64,000 nucleotides of DNA from the human T2T-CHM13v2.0 reference genome, Homo sapiens. The position numbers and the translations under genes are program-made. The stretch lies in the NCBI RefSeq assembly GCF_009914755.1, contig NC_060930.1; one strand, given 5' to 3'. This document shows positions 46,105 to 59,556 of the stretch, piece after piece (position 1 is the stretch's first letter; each line of letters starts with the position of its first letter). A model generated the notes under the pieces. That model worked only from the letters and a program-made list of their open reading frames with translations. It was not told the origin of the DNA and made no database searches.

Positions 46105-46462
46105 TCCCTTGATTTAGACTTGTCCACTCAACTTGCTTGGCCAATGGAATGGGGTAGAAGTGATGGTGTGCTTATTCCCAGCCTGGGCCTTAAAAGGCTT
46201 TGCCTATTTCCACTTGCCTTCTTGTACTTCTGCTATTGTCATAAGAAAAACAAACCGCAGGTCACCCACCGGTCTGAAGAGGAGGATGAGAGACAAAGAA
46301 AAAAGTTGTCTGGCTGCCTCTGCTGTCTACAGATTGAAGAAGATCCATCCAGCTGAGCCCAGCCTAGACCAGCTGACTTCTCCAATAAGCCTGTATGAAA
46401 TAAATGCTTATTGTTATGTGACCTTGAGCTTTGAAGATAGTTTGTTATGCAATAATTGTTGA
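46105..46462 (+). mobile_element. Second MLT1-type LTR fragment
   Basis: cttgcttggccaatggaatg...gcctgggccttaaaaggc...aataaatgcttattgttatg...tttgttatgcaataat. Confidence 0.65.
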
Positions 46463-46579
46463 TTCTTTCACCCTGTCTTTGTTGAACTGTTATAGACGTC
46501 TTAATAGGAGTTCACAATTCAGTTATTCCGGCATGATCACAAACTCATTAGGAATAGAACAGAGAATATGAAAAGCATC

Positions 46580-46930
46580 TATTTTAGTTCATTTTGTGTT
46601 GCTATAACAAAATACCTAAGACTGGGAAGTTTATAATGAACATAAATTTATTGGCTCATGGTCTTGGAAGCAAGGAAGTTCAAAATCAAGGGACTAGCAT
46701 CTGGCGAGAGACTTCTTGTTGCCTCACCTTATGGCAGAAGGTCAAAGAGTGGGTGGTGGGGGGCAGGGGAGAGAACAAGAGGGGGCAGAACTCTTCATTT
46801 TATAAGAAACTCAGTCCTAAAATAATGGCATTAATCCACTCATGAGGGTGGAGCCCTCATAATTTAAACACTTTTTAAAGATCCCACTTTCCAATACTGC
46901 CCCACTGGGGATCAAGTTTCCAACACACCA
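46580..46930 (-). mobile_element. MSTC/D or MLT1A-like LTR
   Basis: ttagttcattttgtgttgctataacaaaatacctaagactggg...ggggatcaagtttccaacac. Confidence 0.75.
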
Positions 46931-48036
46931 ACATCACTTTATCCATATTTTCCCATCAATATTTACCCTACCCTTTCTGGAGAATAAAAGGGAAGCAAGC
47001 AAATTTCATGTCCTTTGCAAAATTGTGGTCTGTAACCTCAAAGCCTATGGGTAACCTTAGGCCTAATAACTCCCTCATCCACCCAGGGTGTTTTTGCGTA
47101 ATTTCCCCTATCTCCTTAATAGCCAAACTCCATGATAATGCTTCATTCTCAGCAGATAATCTTACCTTTTACTTCACAAAGAATCTAGAACCTCCTCTGA
47201 TTTACATTATTCCCCTCTTCTTTACATACATTTATAATTCATCAGCATCAGTTACGAGCTTTATTGCTTGCCTGATTTTTTAGAGATGTCTCTCTGCTCA
47301 TTAAAGACTAAACTCTTCATCTGCACCTCCAAATGCCAACTCCCCATGATGACTTAACCTTAAAATAAAATATGTATAAACACACAGTCTGTCCTCTTTG
47401 AATGGACATACACACTCACACTCTGCATGATCCAAAGATCTACACGTCTACTCTCAAGAGACTGCTCTTTTTTACTCCTTCCCTTCAACATGTACTTCCA
47501 GAAAGAGAAACCTAAGTGAATGCCTTTCCTTTCCTTACAGTCTTCAACCCACTGCAATCTGGCATCCACCCATCATTTTACCAACTGCTTTGTTAAGGCT
47601 ACTGAGATGACATCCTCACCAAGACATTTTTAGACTTTTTTTTCTAAATTGTACTCAACTGTATTTGATGGTTGACTAATCTTTTGTAGGTGAGATTTTA
47701 CTCCTTGGTATCTCCAATTCTCCAGTTCTTTCAGCTCTCCCCTTTCCTTTGTAAATATGAGTTTTCCCCCCAAGATTCAGTCATTGGTCTGCTTTTTAAT
47801 CTTAAGCTAAATTAAATCTATACTGATGAATTTCAGAGATATGTAACTTGCTAAAATTTTGTGTATTTCTTTTATGTATGTAAACCACTGCACAAGATTA
47901 AGAATCATGAATCTATATTACATAATATTCATTGTTTAAGTTACATTCTATACCAATATTCAGGAGAGCCATCTTCCTGTGCTCCAAATTCTTATTTCTG
48001 ACTCACTTCTTGATATCTTCACTTGCACATTCCACA

Positions 48037-48483
48037 TTGCATTACTAAGGGTTTTCCAGAGAAACAGAACCAACTAGAGATTTTATATATACGTATAGAG
48101 AGATAGGTAGATAAATAGATTGGCATTTATTTCAAGATAGTAGCTCACATGATTGTGGGAGCTGGCAAGTACAAAATCTGCAGGGTAGGCCAGCAGACTG
48201 AAGACTCAGGAAAGTGTTAATGTTGCAGCTTGAGCCTGAAGGCATCCTGGAAGCAGAATTCCCTCTTCCTCAGGAAACTCCAGTCTCTTTCTCGTAAGGC
48301 CTTCAGTTGGATTAGATGAAGCCCGCCCATGTTATAGAAGGTAATCTGCTTTACTTACAGTGTACTAATTCAAATGTTAATCTCATCTAAAACATGTGTT
48401 CACAGCAACATCTAGACTAGCATTTAACCAAATGTCTGGGTACCATATCCCAGCCAAGTTGAAGTGTAAAATGAACCATCACA
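48037..48483 (-). mobile_element. MLT2B-like ERVL LTR
   Basis: gggttttccagagaaacagaacca...cccagccaagttga...aaccatcaca. Confidence 0.85.
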
Positions 48484-48683
48484 TACAGGTATTTCAAAAT
48501 TAATATGTCTAAACTTTACCTATAATATTCTCCCTGAAACCTGCTCTTCTCCACTATTCATTTCCTCAGTAAATTACCACAGTCCTACCACTGAAGATGG
48601 AAACTTAGACCTTCCACAGCCCTCTTCCTTTATATTCAATTGTTCACTAAATTCTGTCATTCCTACTTTCTTCACTGAGGTTA

Positions 48684-48956
48684 CTTTTTTTTTTTTCCCC
48701 AGAGGCAAGGTCTCACTCTGCCACCCAGGCTGGAGTTCAGGGGCACAATCATAGTTCACTATAACCCCCAACTCCTGGGCTCCCATGATCTTCCTGCCTC
48801 AGCCTCCCCAATGGCTAGGACTACAGAACTGTGCCACAGAGAGACGGAGTCTTGCTATGTTACCTAGGCTGGTCTTGAACTCATGGCCTCCAGTGATCCT
48901 CCTGCCTCAGCCTCTCAAAGTGCTGGAATTATAGGCATGAGACATCATGCCCAGTC
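48684..48956 (-). mobile_element. AluJ with central deletion
   Basis: aggtctcactctgccacccaggctggag...atcatagttcact; gtcttgctatgttacctaggctgg. Confidence 0.9.
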
Positions 48957-49191
48957 TGAGTTTATCTTCTGCCATTCTTTTCTCCCTAGGTTTGTCACCA
49001 CCATACATTCCTTCTTTCTGTTTTTCTAACACCCCAAGCTCATTCCTGCCTCAGGCCCTTTAGTGTTGGTATTCCCTGTGCTTTCAAGCCTTATCCTATT
49101 ACAAAGGTGGTGCTAACATGTCAGAATTTTTTAATCATTTGAGTCATAGCTCAACTGTCGCCTCTTTAGAGAGGCCTTTACTGACTACTCC

Positions 49192-51745
49192 TTATTTTGT
49201 TAACAGCTGCATTGAGGTATAATTTACATAACATAAAATTCACTAATTTTAACTGTACAATTTAATGATTTTTAGTAAACTTACAGAGTAGTGCAATTAT
49301 CAGTATGAGTCAGTTTTAGAACACTTACATCTCCCCAAAAGAGAGATTTCCAACCTCTCCTTCATGCCCATTTACAGTCAATTTTACCTCCAACCCCAGG
49401 CAAGCTTTAATCTACTTTCTGTCTCTATAGATTTGCATTTTCTGGACATTTTGTGTAAATGAAATAAGTAATATGTGGTCTTTTGCATCTGGACACTTTC
49501 ACTTAACATAATGTTCTTGAAGTTCATCAGTGTCGTAGCAGGTATCAGTAATTTGTTACTTTTTATTGCTAAGCAGTATTTCATTGTATGGATATACCCC
49601 TTTTACCTATCCATTTACCAGTTGATGGACATTTGGATTGCATCCATCCATATTTTGGCTTATATGAATAATACTGCTATGAACATTTGCATACAAATTT
49701 TTGTGTGACATGTTTTCATTTCTCTTGGATACCTGGGAATAGAATTGCAGAGTCATATGATAAATTTATGATTATCTTAAAGGAACTGTTTTCCAAATAG
49801 GCTGCTCCATTTTACATTTCCACGAGCACTAGATGAGGGTTCCAGCTTTTCCACATTCTCACCAACCTTGTTATTGTCTGTCTTGTGTTTTTTAAAAAAT
49901 AGCCATGCAGGTGGGTATGAAGTGGTACTCATTGTGGTTGTGAACTGCATTGTCCTAATGACTAATGATGTTGAGATTTTTTTTCATGTGCTTAATACCC
50001 ATTCATATGTCTTCTTTGGTGAGCTATTAGAATATTTCCCCAGTTTTAAATTAAGCTTTTTTCCTATTGAGTTATAAGAGTTCCCTATATATTCAGGATG
50101 CAAGTTCTTTATCAGATATATGATTTTTAAATGTTTTCCCTTAGTCTGTGGCATGGCTTTTCATTTTCTTAATGGTGCTTTTAAAAGTGCAAATGGTTTT
50201 AATTTTGATGAAGTCCATTTATCAATTTTTGGTTTTTTATGAATTGTGATTTTAGTATATATCTAAGACCTTTTTGCCTAATTTAGCATCATGATGATTT
50301 TCTCCTATTCTTTCTTCTAAATGTTTCATAAACTCTTATAGTTAGGTCTTCTATCCATTTTGAGTTAATGTTTTATGTGGTGTGAGTTAAGGGTCTAAAT
50401 TTATCTTTTTTGTTGTTGTTGTTGCATGTGAATATCCAATTATCCCAGCAGTATTCGTTAAAACAAAACAAAACAAAACAAAACAAAACAACTGTTTTTA
50501 TTTTGTTTTGTTTTTTTCCCAACTGCATTGGCAACTTTGTTGAAAATGAATGGAACACAAAGGTAAGAGTTTACTTCTAGACTCTCAATTCTGTTCCATT
50601 TATCTACCTTTATGCTAGGCTATACTGTCTTGATTCCCTCAGCAGATGATCTTCCATTTTAAAACCTGGAAGTTTAAGTTCTTAGCTTTTGTTCTTCTTT
50701 TTGCAAGCTGCTTCCACTCTTCTGGATCCTCCACAGTTTTAAGTAAATTTTAAGATACACTTGCCAGTTTTTGCAGGATTTCTATAAGAATTGCATTGAA
50801 TCTATATGGTAATTTAAGAATTGCCACCTTAACAATATGGGTCATACTGAGTCTTTTAATCCGTGTTCATGTTCCATGAACATGGACTACCTCTTCATTT
50901 ATTTAGATCTTTCATAATTTCTCTCAGCAATATTTTATAGTTTCCAGCAAAGGGCTTTATACATATTTTGTTATATTCATTCTTAAGAATTATATTCTTT
51001 TTAATGCTATTGTGAATAGAATTGTTTTCTTAATTTCATTTTTAGGTTGTTCATTGATAGTATATAGAAATACAGTTGATTTTTAGATATCAATCTTGTA
51101 TCCTTCAACCTTGCTAAAACTATTTTATTTGTTCAATGTATGTGTGTGTGCATGTGTGAGTGTGTGTGTATGTGTGTATTTCCTGAAATTTTTGGAATAT
51201 AGGATCATGTCATCTGTGAATATAGATGATTTAATTTCTTTCTCTCAAGTAAGTATGCTTTCATTTCTTTTTCTCTCCTGATTGTACAAGCTAGAATATA
51301 CAGTGCAATAGTGAACAAAAGTGGCAAGAGGAGACATACTTGATTTGTTCTCAGTCTTAGGGAGAAAGCATTCAGTCTCTTATTATTAAGTATGACATTA
51401 ACTTCAGGTTTTTCATAAAAGCCCTTTATTAGGTTATAGAATGTCCTTATATTCCAAGTTTAATGAGATTTTTTACAAGGAATAGGGATTGGATTTTGCT
51501 AAGTGCTTTGTATCTGTTGAGATGATCAGTGATTTTTTTTAGCTTTCTATTAATATGGTGCTTTATTTTCAGATATTAAACCAAATTTACATTCCTGAAA
51601 TAAATTCCACTTAATCATGTTCCACTTAATCATGGTGTATAATACTTTTTATATATTTCTGGATTTTGTTAATGTTCAGTTGATGGTTACTGCGCTTATC
51701 TTCATGAAGAATATTAGCCTGTAGTTTTTTTTTTAATTAGGTCTT
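49192..51745 (-). mobile_element. L1MB/MC 3' UTR and ORF2 end, antisense
   Basis: ttgaggtataatttacataacataaaattcac 3' end; antisense ORF2 (cttagggagaaagcattcagtct). Confidence 0.85.
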
Positions 51746-51756
51746 TGTGGCTTTTC

Positions 51757-51949
51757 CATATATATATGTGTGTGTGTGTGTGTATATGTGTATATATATG
51801 TGCGTATATATGTGTATATATGTGCGTATATATGTGTGTATATATACACACATATGTGTGTATATAATACATATATGTGTATATATACGTGTGTGTATAT
51901 ATATACATATACACACATATATGTATATATATACGTGTGTGTGTGTGTG

Positions 51950-52026
<77 letters not shown>
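51757..52026. repeat. Compound (TA)n/(TG)n microsatellite
   Basis: About 270 bp of alternating purine-pyrimidine; source of the Y/I/V/C-rich spurious ORFs. Confidence 0.97.
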
Positions 52027-52031
<5 letters not shown>

Positions 52032-52320
52032 TGTTTGAGACAGAGTCTCACTCTGTCACCCAGGCTGGAGTGCAGTGGCGCAATCTTGGCTCACTGCAAG
52101 CTCCGCCTCCTGGGCTCAAATGATTCTTCTGCCTCAGCCTCCTGAGTAGCTGGGATTACAAGTGTCTGCCACCACGCCCAGATCGTTTTTGTGTGTTTTA
52201 GTAGAGATGGGCTTTCACCGTGTTGGCCAAGCTGATTTCTAACTCCTGACCTCAGGTGATCCACCCGCTTTGGCCTCCCAAAGTGCTGGGATTACAGGCA
52301 TGAGCCAATGTGCCCAGCCA
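52027..52320 (-). mobile_element. AluS
   Basis: Antisense Alu dimer; TSD GCTTTTCCATAT at 51750-51761 and 52321-52332. Confidence 0.95.
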
Positions 52321-52629
52321 GCTTTTCCATATTTAATATAAATATTTTGTATTCTAAATGCATAAATATATGAATATTTATGGATTTCCTATTGCCACTC
52401 TTTCTCTTCACTTTTACTCTGGCTTCTCTATTTCCTTGTGTATTTTGAATTTTTGAATGTGAGCATCTACCATTGCACCGTATCTGTGGAAATTCTCTAA
52501 TACCTGGGTTGAAGTTTCATGCTTCAAAAAGGATTTTCTTTGCTTAAGGTATTGTAGACCATATAAAAAATAAAAATAAAACAAAATTTAAAATAAAAAA
52601 CAAAAATCATGAAATCATATTAAGGCCAG

Positions 52630-53310
<681 letters not shown>

Positions 53311-55239
53311 ACTAGCTTATGCATACAAAAACTTACGGGGGAGATTTTTCTTCTCAAACAAGCAAATGAGTCAAGATAAGAAAGTTTCCTTTATATCCCC
53401 TTCTGTACAATAGGTTATCTTTATTCATTCTTATTCTACAATAATATCCCTTTGAAGTTGCAGATTTTTGTGGGATTCCCCTTTAAATTCTCTTTCTTTA
53501 GTGTTCCCTAATTTATCTTTATTCAACTATACACTATGTAGTTCCCAAAGCACAGACTTCAGGGGACTACAGTGTTAGGTAGAAACCTTCAGGGTAACAC
53601 TTGTCTTTTGCCCTCATTTTCTTCCAAACTTTCTGATTTTACCTCTTTTGTGGGTCTTAAGGATTATCCCTTCTATACAAAGCCAAAAATGTATGCAAAA
53701 ATACTTACATTTTTATCCAAAATTAGGCTGTTTCAATTTGGGGATTGTATACAGTATTTATTCCACAAAACATCAAGAAATATCTAAACTTATAAAAGAA
53801 TTTCATTTAATTTAACCCAAAATTTTGGTTAGCACAATATAGAGGATGGTAAAGAGGATATAATCCATCTCATTGCAAGCACAGAAATACTAATTCTTAT
53901 TGTTTTCATAGAATCCTGAAATAAGCATCTAATGCAGGCTTCCCTACCAATCTGGAGAATAAGTAGGGAATTCCCTCAATGACTCATAATTGTTCATTTG
54001 ACTGTCTATCATTGCTCACATTGCAATTCCTGAGCCTCCACAGGCATTGAGATGTGACTACATGCTTTCCGCTTATCAGTACTCTCTTATTCTCACACTT
54101 CAGATTGCTGTTATGTTTTCCATCTCACTCTATTAGATGCATCTGCTCTCTGTTTTCAAAAAAATTACTAAAATATTTTACCTACCCTACTGCTATTCCA
54201 TTATCCTTACCTTTTACTGCTGATTGCTTTTTAGTTCCATTACTACCATTTTAATGTGGATTATGAGGGGAAAAAAAGGAATAAATAAGTTTTTAGCCTT
54301 CTTCAACTGACAGGCCTTTAATTTTATAGACTAAAAGTAATAGTGGATAAAATTTAGTAATAAACTTAAAGAATATTATTTTTAAAGTATTTTTTGTAAA
54401 TAATCAGGGCACATGTATTATTATATTGAAATTTTCCTAAGGTTGCAGTTTGAGTTTAACACGAAGAATAGTGCGGAATTACACTATTCTTCATATACAG
54501 AAACAAAAGTGAGACCTTTTATGTATTTTCTTTCCTGTCAGCATTATCTTGATTCATAAAGATGAAAAAGTCTGCATTTATGTCTTTTCTTATGGTTGTT
54601 TTCTGCCACAAATTCATGATATGCTTCATGCCAAGGGTCACACCTATCTTTGCCCGAATTTATGAAGAATTGATCATAGTGTCATTAGAAGCAATGTCAT
54701 ATCATTGTGGAACAACTATCCTTTCCTCAAGGAAATTATTGTCCTAAGAGATTGAAAATTAAACTAATAAAATGCAGGGTTATTTATTATTGCTATAGTG
54801 CTCTGACTAAAGAATGTTGGCTGGGAATGTTTTATGAGCACTGAGATACTGGCCTAAAGTCAGTAATTTCCATCTGATACTGACATTCCTTCAATGTCCA
54901 GACAGCACAGTGCCCAGAAACCCCAGGTCTACCCCAACTGTGCCAAAAGAAGTAGTACCCTGTAGAAGTAGTAGAAAACCGTAACATCACAATGCCTGCT
55001 CAGCCCTGAGGATTCAAGTCCATGTCAATACTTCACTTGCTCCTGTCTTAACTCACGCAACATTCCCCAACTCACCTCATACCTTCCTGTCTACACACAC
55101 CTTCATCATGGCTTTTGATTTAAGTATTTATTGCAGCTAAGCTTCATTTCCTTATCCTTTGTGTCTAACCTGAGTCTGTATTAATGACTAAATAATTGAT
55201 TCAGTATCATGATAGATCAGCCACTCTGCCAGACAATTT

Positions 55240-55242
<3 letters not shown>

Positions 55243-55289
<47 letters not shown>
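55243..55289 (+). repeat. Pure poly-T (47 nt)
   Basis: Uninterrupted T run followed by AGACAGAG. Confidence 0.95.
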
Positions 55290-55292
<3 letters not shown>

Positions 55293-55949
55293 CAGAGCTC
55301 AGATAAAGAAAAGCTTTTGAGGACAGGTTTTTGTATTCCAGGAACACAGATGGAGAACAGTCTTTACCCTTGTATTTTCTCTCAAAGTCTTATTCATTCT
55401 GAAGCGAGTGATCAAATGGGAGTTATCCATCACATAGTTCTCCACGTAAACAGCTAGTTGCCTGATTAAATTATCTTGAGGAAAGGAATGTGTCCCAGTA
55501 AAAGTAATATTCCCTAGTCAACTTTGCATTTAGAGATGGCCAAGTAATATAATTTTACCAATCTATTCAAATATTTTATGGGGATGTCTGCAAAAGTTTT
55601 GTTTTCCTAAATTATGTATGTTTGTAGTCTCTCTTTATAATCTCTTTTTCTTTGTTACTTCATCCTTTTTCTCTGTACTTAGAATGTTGGTTAAATAACT
55701 GAGCAATAATTGTGCCAGCCAGAAGATAAAAGCCATATTACAGGAATGACGGAATGGGAGGCCAGAAAGAATCTTGTCTTTACAATTTCCTGGAACCCCT
55801 GAACAAGCCTTAGATTGCCTAGTACCAGGATTCTTCTTAAAATAAAAAGTAAATCTATTTTTAAAGCCTTGATTAAGTTAATACTCTGACATATGCAGGC
55901 AAAAGCAATCCCTAAAGTATACACCCTTAGTTCCTGGAGGAATCATTGC

Positions 55950-56875
55950 AGAAAGTAATTTCCCCCAGTTTCCTAGGTGAGCACTCCAGCATTTAGCAAT
56001 GCAGACATCTCTGCTGATCAGCACAAAGGGGCTGAGACTGGCATAACCAAACATTAGAAATGGTTTAATAATTAATACAGCAGAATCATTTGTCAAGATG
56101 GAACCTATATAGAAGGAGAAAATAAAATCAGCCCAATAAAAGAAAAGGAAACAGGTCATGAGAATGAAAGTACTTTAAGTAGCTCTGACCTCTGGGCTGG
56201 AATTATTTGCAAACCTGGAGCTCTGAAGGTAGGAGACACAATTGTGATATTTATACAGATGATAAGCCACGTACCCACTGCTCCAGCCCATGAGACTCTG
56301 AAAGATGATATCCCAAAGAGCCATAAGAGTGAGAAAAACCACCTAACTATTTGCTTAGATGGTAGCATATAGCAACAACTAATATGTGGTCTAATTTCAG
56401 ACCTATTCATGCTATTAACTGCTCTAATGTAGTAGAGCAAGTTGGAGCTTATCAGAACATTAAAGATCCAAAAGAGGAAGAGATAAGGAAGAACTTGCCA
56501 TGCAATCCGTAGTTTGAGATTTCTCCACAAGGTGGTCCTGGGACTGATGGTGATGGCCTGGACCATGCTGAGGAGACAGGTGGTGCAGATGGAAAGGCCC
56601 CAAGCAACCCTCCCTAAATAAACTGAAGTTTTACAACCAACATTACCTAGGAAGTTTCTGAAATTAAAAACTGCAGTTATATTTCTGCTACTTATGCTAT
56701 AAATAATGATTACATTTGAGAAAACCAAATGAAGAAGGATAAGTTCTATGTGCTTTTTCTCAGAACTCATGACAAAAGAATATACATGTCTTATAAATAT
56801 AAGGAAGTTTCCCACAAATCCAGGTCCAGTAAGGAAAAGGAAGACTATTCCCTGGATGAGGTTACTCTAAATCAT
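55950..56875 (-). pseudogene. VN1R12P: Vomeronasal type-1 receptor (V1R) pseudogene
   Basis: V1R motifs G..GNFLIF, LILLHLVFSN, FLGNVGCK..VYLGRVAWGLSICTTCLLSMVQAITISP, LMGWSSGY, SPEVRAT, YASLSPFVLI. Lesions: TAG at codon 3 (ATG ATT TAG), a frameshift near 56335, and an in-frame TAA near 56175. The symbol is from recalled position, less certain than the family call. Confidence 0.9.
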
Positions 56876-57308
56876 TTTCTGACATCACGGACAGAGCCAG
56901 AAAAAAAACTTTTGAGAAGCACAAATAAAGATGACATATTTCAGGTCTGTGGCTTTTATCTGTGTTAATTTCAGTGAAAAGACCAGTTTCAATTATGAAA
57001 TATATAAGTGTACATGATTCTGTCCTAGCAAACCCCTCATCTCATTTTTTGATCTCTTTCTTCTTTTCTTCTTGCTGCTATTGATACAGAGATAACTACA
57101 ATTTAAACATAAACTCCATACTCATACACATTCACCTGCCTTTCGAAGAGATCCTTCTGTGTATTCCTCATGTCTAAAATTTACACAACAATTTATCCCC
57201 AGACAAGAGCTAAGCAAAGGGCAACATCACTTTGTCAATTTCTAAGCCATGATCCTGGGTATCATCTTCCATGTCTCCTCCCTTTCATTATGTACATTTG
57301 ATAAATTA

Positions 57309-58447
57309 CCTTGCTCTAGTGGACTGCATTTCTGCCCCACTTAGATCCTCTTTACCAGCCTGTAGACAGTCATCCCTCAAATGAGGAGCAAACCAAGAAT
57401 CACAGCTTCTCCAAAGAATTGTACTTGGCCAAATGAGAGGAGTTTCACAGGAAAGGCCATGTGGCTTACTCCTCTCCCCAAACCCCGTGGGTAGACCTTG
57501 GCCAATAACTAACACGGAAGTAGGGGAGTAGAAAAGTCCAGCCCCTTGCCTGAAGGTGGGACTAACTCCATGGCAACATTTGTCCTCCCAATCTTCCATG
57601 TGGATGGGATCAGATGGAAGCTAATTATTTTTTCTCCTGCCTATCCTGTTTTACTCTCCACTTCTCCTGAGAACACTTGTAGTGAACCCTTATAATTTTA
57701 TGTTGCCTCACCATCCATTTAAAATATAAGTTAGACCTTCTTATACTAGCAGGGTTCAGTCACCCTTGACACAGTTTCCAGCTCTATCTATCCCCTCCCC
57801 ATGCCCAGTTCCTCAATGTGGTTTCTCCAGATATCTGCTTTATTCAACTGCTCCCCAGTGACCACCTCCCGATGGGACAGCTAAATGCAGCCTGTTTCAC
57901 TGGCACCACTGACCCTCACACCTCGCATAGACTGTACAGATATGCCCAGTGACCACCTTTCAGTCACTATGACTTCATCTCCTGGAATTCTTTCCTACCT
58001 GCTTTAAACCCATCAATTAAAACTCTCCAAAAAAAAAAATCTGTTTAGATAACACCCTGGACCCAATAAAGGCATTGGTCCACAGGTGCCTTTCTCTCTC
58101 TCCCTTCCTTTGCTCCCTGATCTTTGTGTGTGTGAACTCCAGGTGTACCATGTATCCCTCAGAAGTATAAGAACCAAAACTTCTTACACTTTCACACTGT
58201 GGTTGTGTCATTGAAGCCATGCCTGCAATCTGACTTCTGACAGGAAGGCTGCCGAAAGGGACCCATGCAGGTGGATCACCTGCTGGTGCTCTTTTGTCCA
58301 GGCTTCTAGTGGCTGCTGGGGACAGTGGCTACCAGCTAAGTTGATGGAGAAACTCTAAGGGTTTCATTCAAAAAAGCACTCCTCCAATAAATCATCAGAA
58401 AGAATCTCCATCTCAGGGTCTGGTTCTACGGACTCCAGGCAAAGACA
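57309..58447 (+). mobile_element. LTR16-like ERVL LTR split by a younger solo LTR (57678-~58375)
   Basis: Outer pieces ...cttctcctgagaacac| and |cctccaataaatca...atctcagggtctggttct...aaagaca. Inner element starts TGTAGTGAACCCTTATAATTTTATGTTGCC and has an aataaa. Inner family not assigned. Confidence 0.6.
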
Positions 58448-58657
58448 CATGTATTACTGATTCTATCTTCTGACTGTTGTCAAACCTAGCAAATTTCTCA
58501 ATTAGAAATGCCCCATCCTGTAGGTCAAACCACTCTAATAATTCACATTGTGATTTGTATAACCACTTTATAAATGGTATCTCCTCTTCTGTTTATTCTC
58601 CTATGTTATAGTCAGAATGAGCTTTTTAAATAGAAATATATTCCTTTTGCTTTCTTC

Positions 58658-59268
58658 TTGTTTTTTTTGTTTTGTTTTGTTTTGTTTTTTCTAATACTCT
58701 AAGTTCTGGGATACATGTGCAGAACGTGCAGGTTTGTTACATAGGTATACATGTGCCATGGTGGTTTGCTGCACCAATCAACCTGTCATCTACATTAGGT
58801 ATTTCTCCTAATGCTACCCCTCCCCTTGCCCCTGACCCCCCAACAGGCCCCGGTTGTGATGTTCCCCTCCTTGTGCCCATATATTCTCATTTTTCAACTC
58901 CCACTTATGAGTGAGAACATGCAGTGTTTGGATTTCTGTTCCTGTGTTAGTTTGCTAAGAATGATGATTTCCAGCTTCACCCATGTCCCTGCAAAGGATA
59001 TGAACCCATTCTTTTTTATGGCTGCGTAGAATTCCATGGTGTATATGTGCCACATTTTCTTTATCCAATCTATCATTGATGGGCATTTGGGTTGGTTCCA
59101 AGTCTTTGCTATTGTGAATAGTGCTGCAATAAACATATGTGTGCATGTGTCTTTATAGTAGAATGATTTATAATCCTTCGGGTATATACCCAGTAATGGG
59201 ATTACTGGGTCAAATGATATTTCTGGTTCTAGATCCTTGAGGAATTGCCACACTGTCTTCCACAATGG
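58658..59268 (-). mobile_element. 5'-truncated L1PA (PA7/8-like) 3' end
   Basis: Minus-strand ORF 58894-59265 is the ORF2 C-terminus (MWKTVWQFLKDLE...CMFSLISGS), followed by 3' UTR and A-rich tail. Confidence 0.95.
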
Positions 59269-59276
59269 TAGACATT

Positions 59277-59556
59277 GTGATGGAGTCTTGCTCTGTTGCC
59301 CAGTCTGGAGTGCAGTAGCAGGATCTCAGCTCGCTGCAAACTCCGGCTCCCGGGTTCAAGCCATTCTCCTGCCTCAGCCTTTTAAGCAGCTGAGATTACA
59401 GGCACGTGCCACCACACTGGCTAATTTTTGTATTTTTAGTAGAGACAGGTTTCACCACGTTGGCCAGGCTGGTCTCGAACTCCTGACCTCAAGTGATCTG
59501 CTTGCCTCAGCCTCCCAAAGTGCTGGAATTACAGGTGTGAGCCACTGTGCCTGGCC
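59277..59556 (-). mobile_element. AluS lacking its own A-tail, fused to the L1 fragment
   Basis: Complete Alu body from GGCC (59556) to gactccatc; no poly-A before the L1 sequence. Confidence 0.93.

Noticed and set aside
51714-52145. Overlapping Y/I/H/T/V/C-rich ORFs
   Set aside because: Translations of the TA/TG microsatellite and Alu.
56156-56815. 219-aa ORF as an intact receptor gene
   Set aside because: Starts at an internal GTG after a stop at codon 3 and leaves the V1R frame near 56335; it is a pseudogene.
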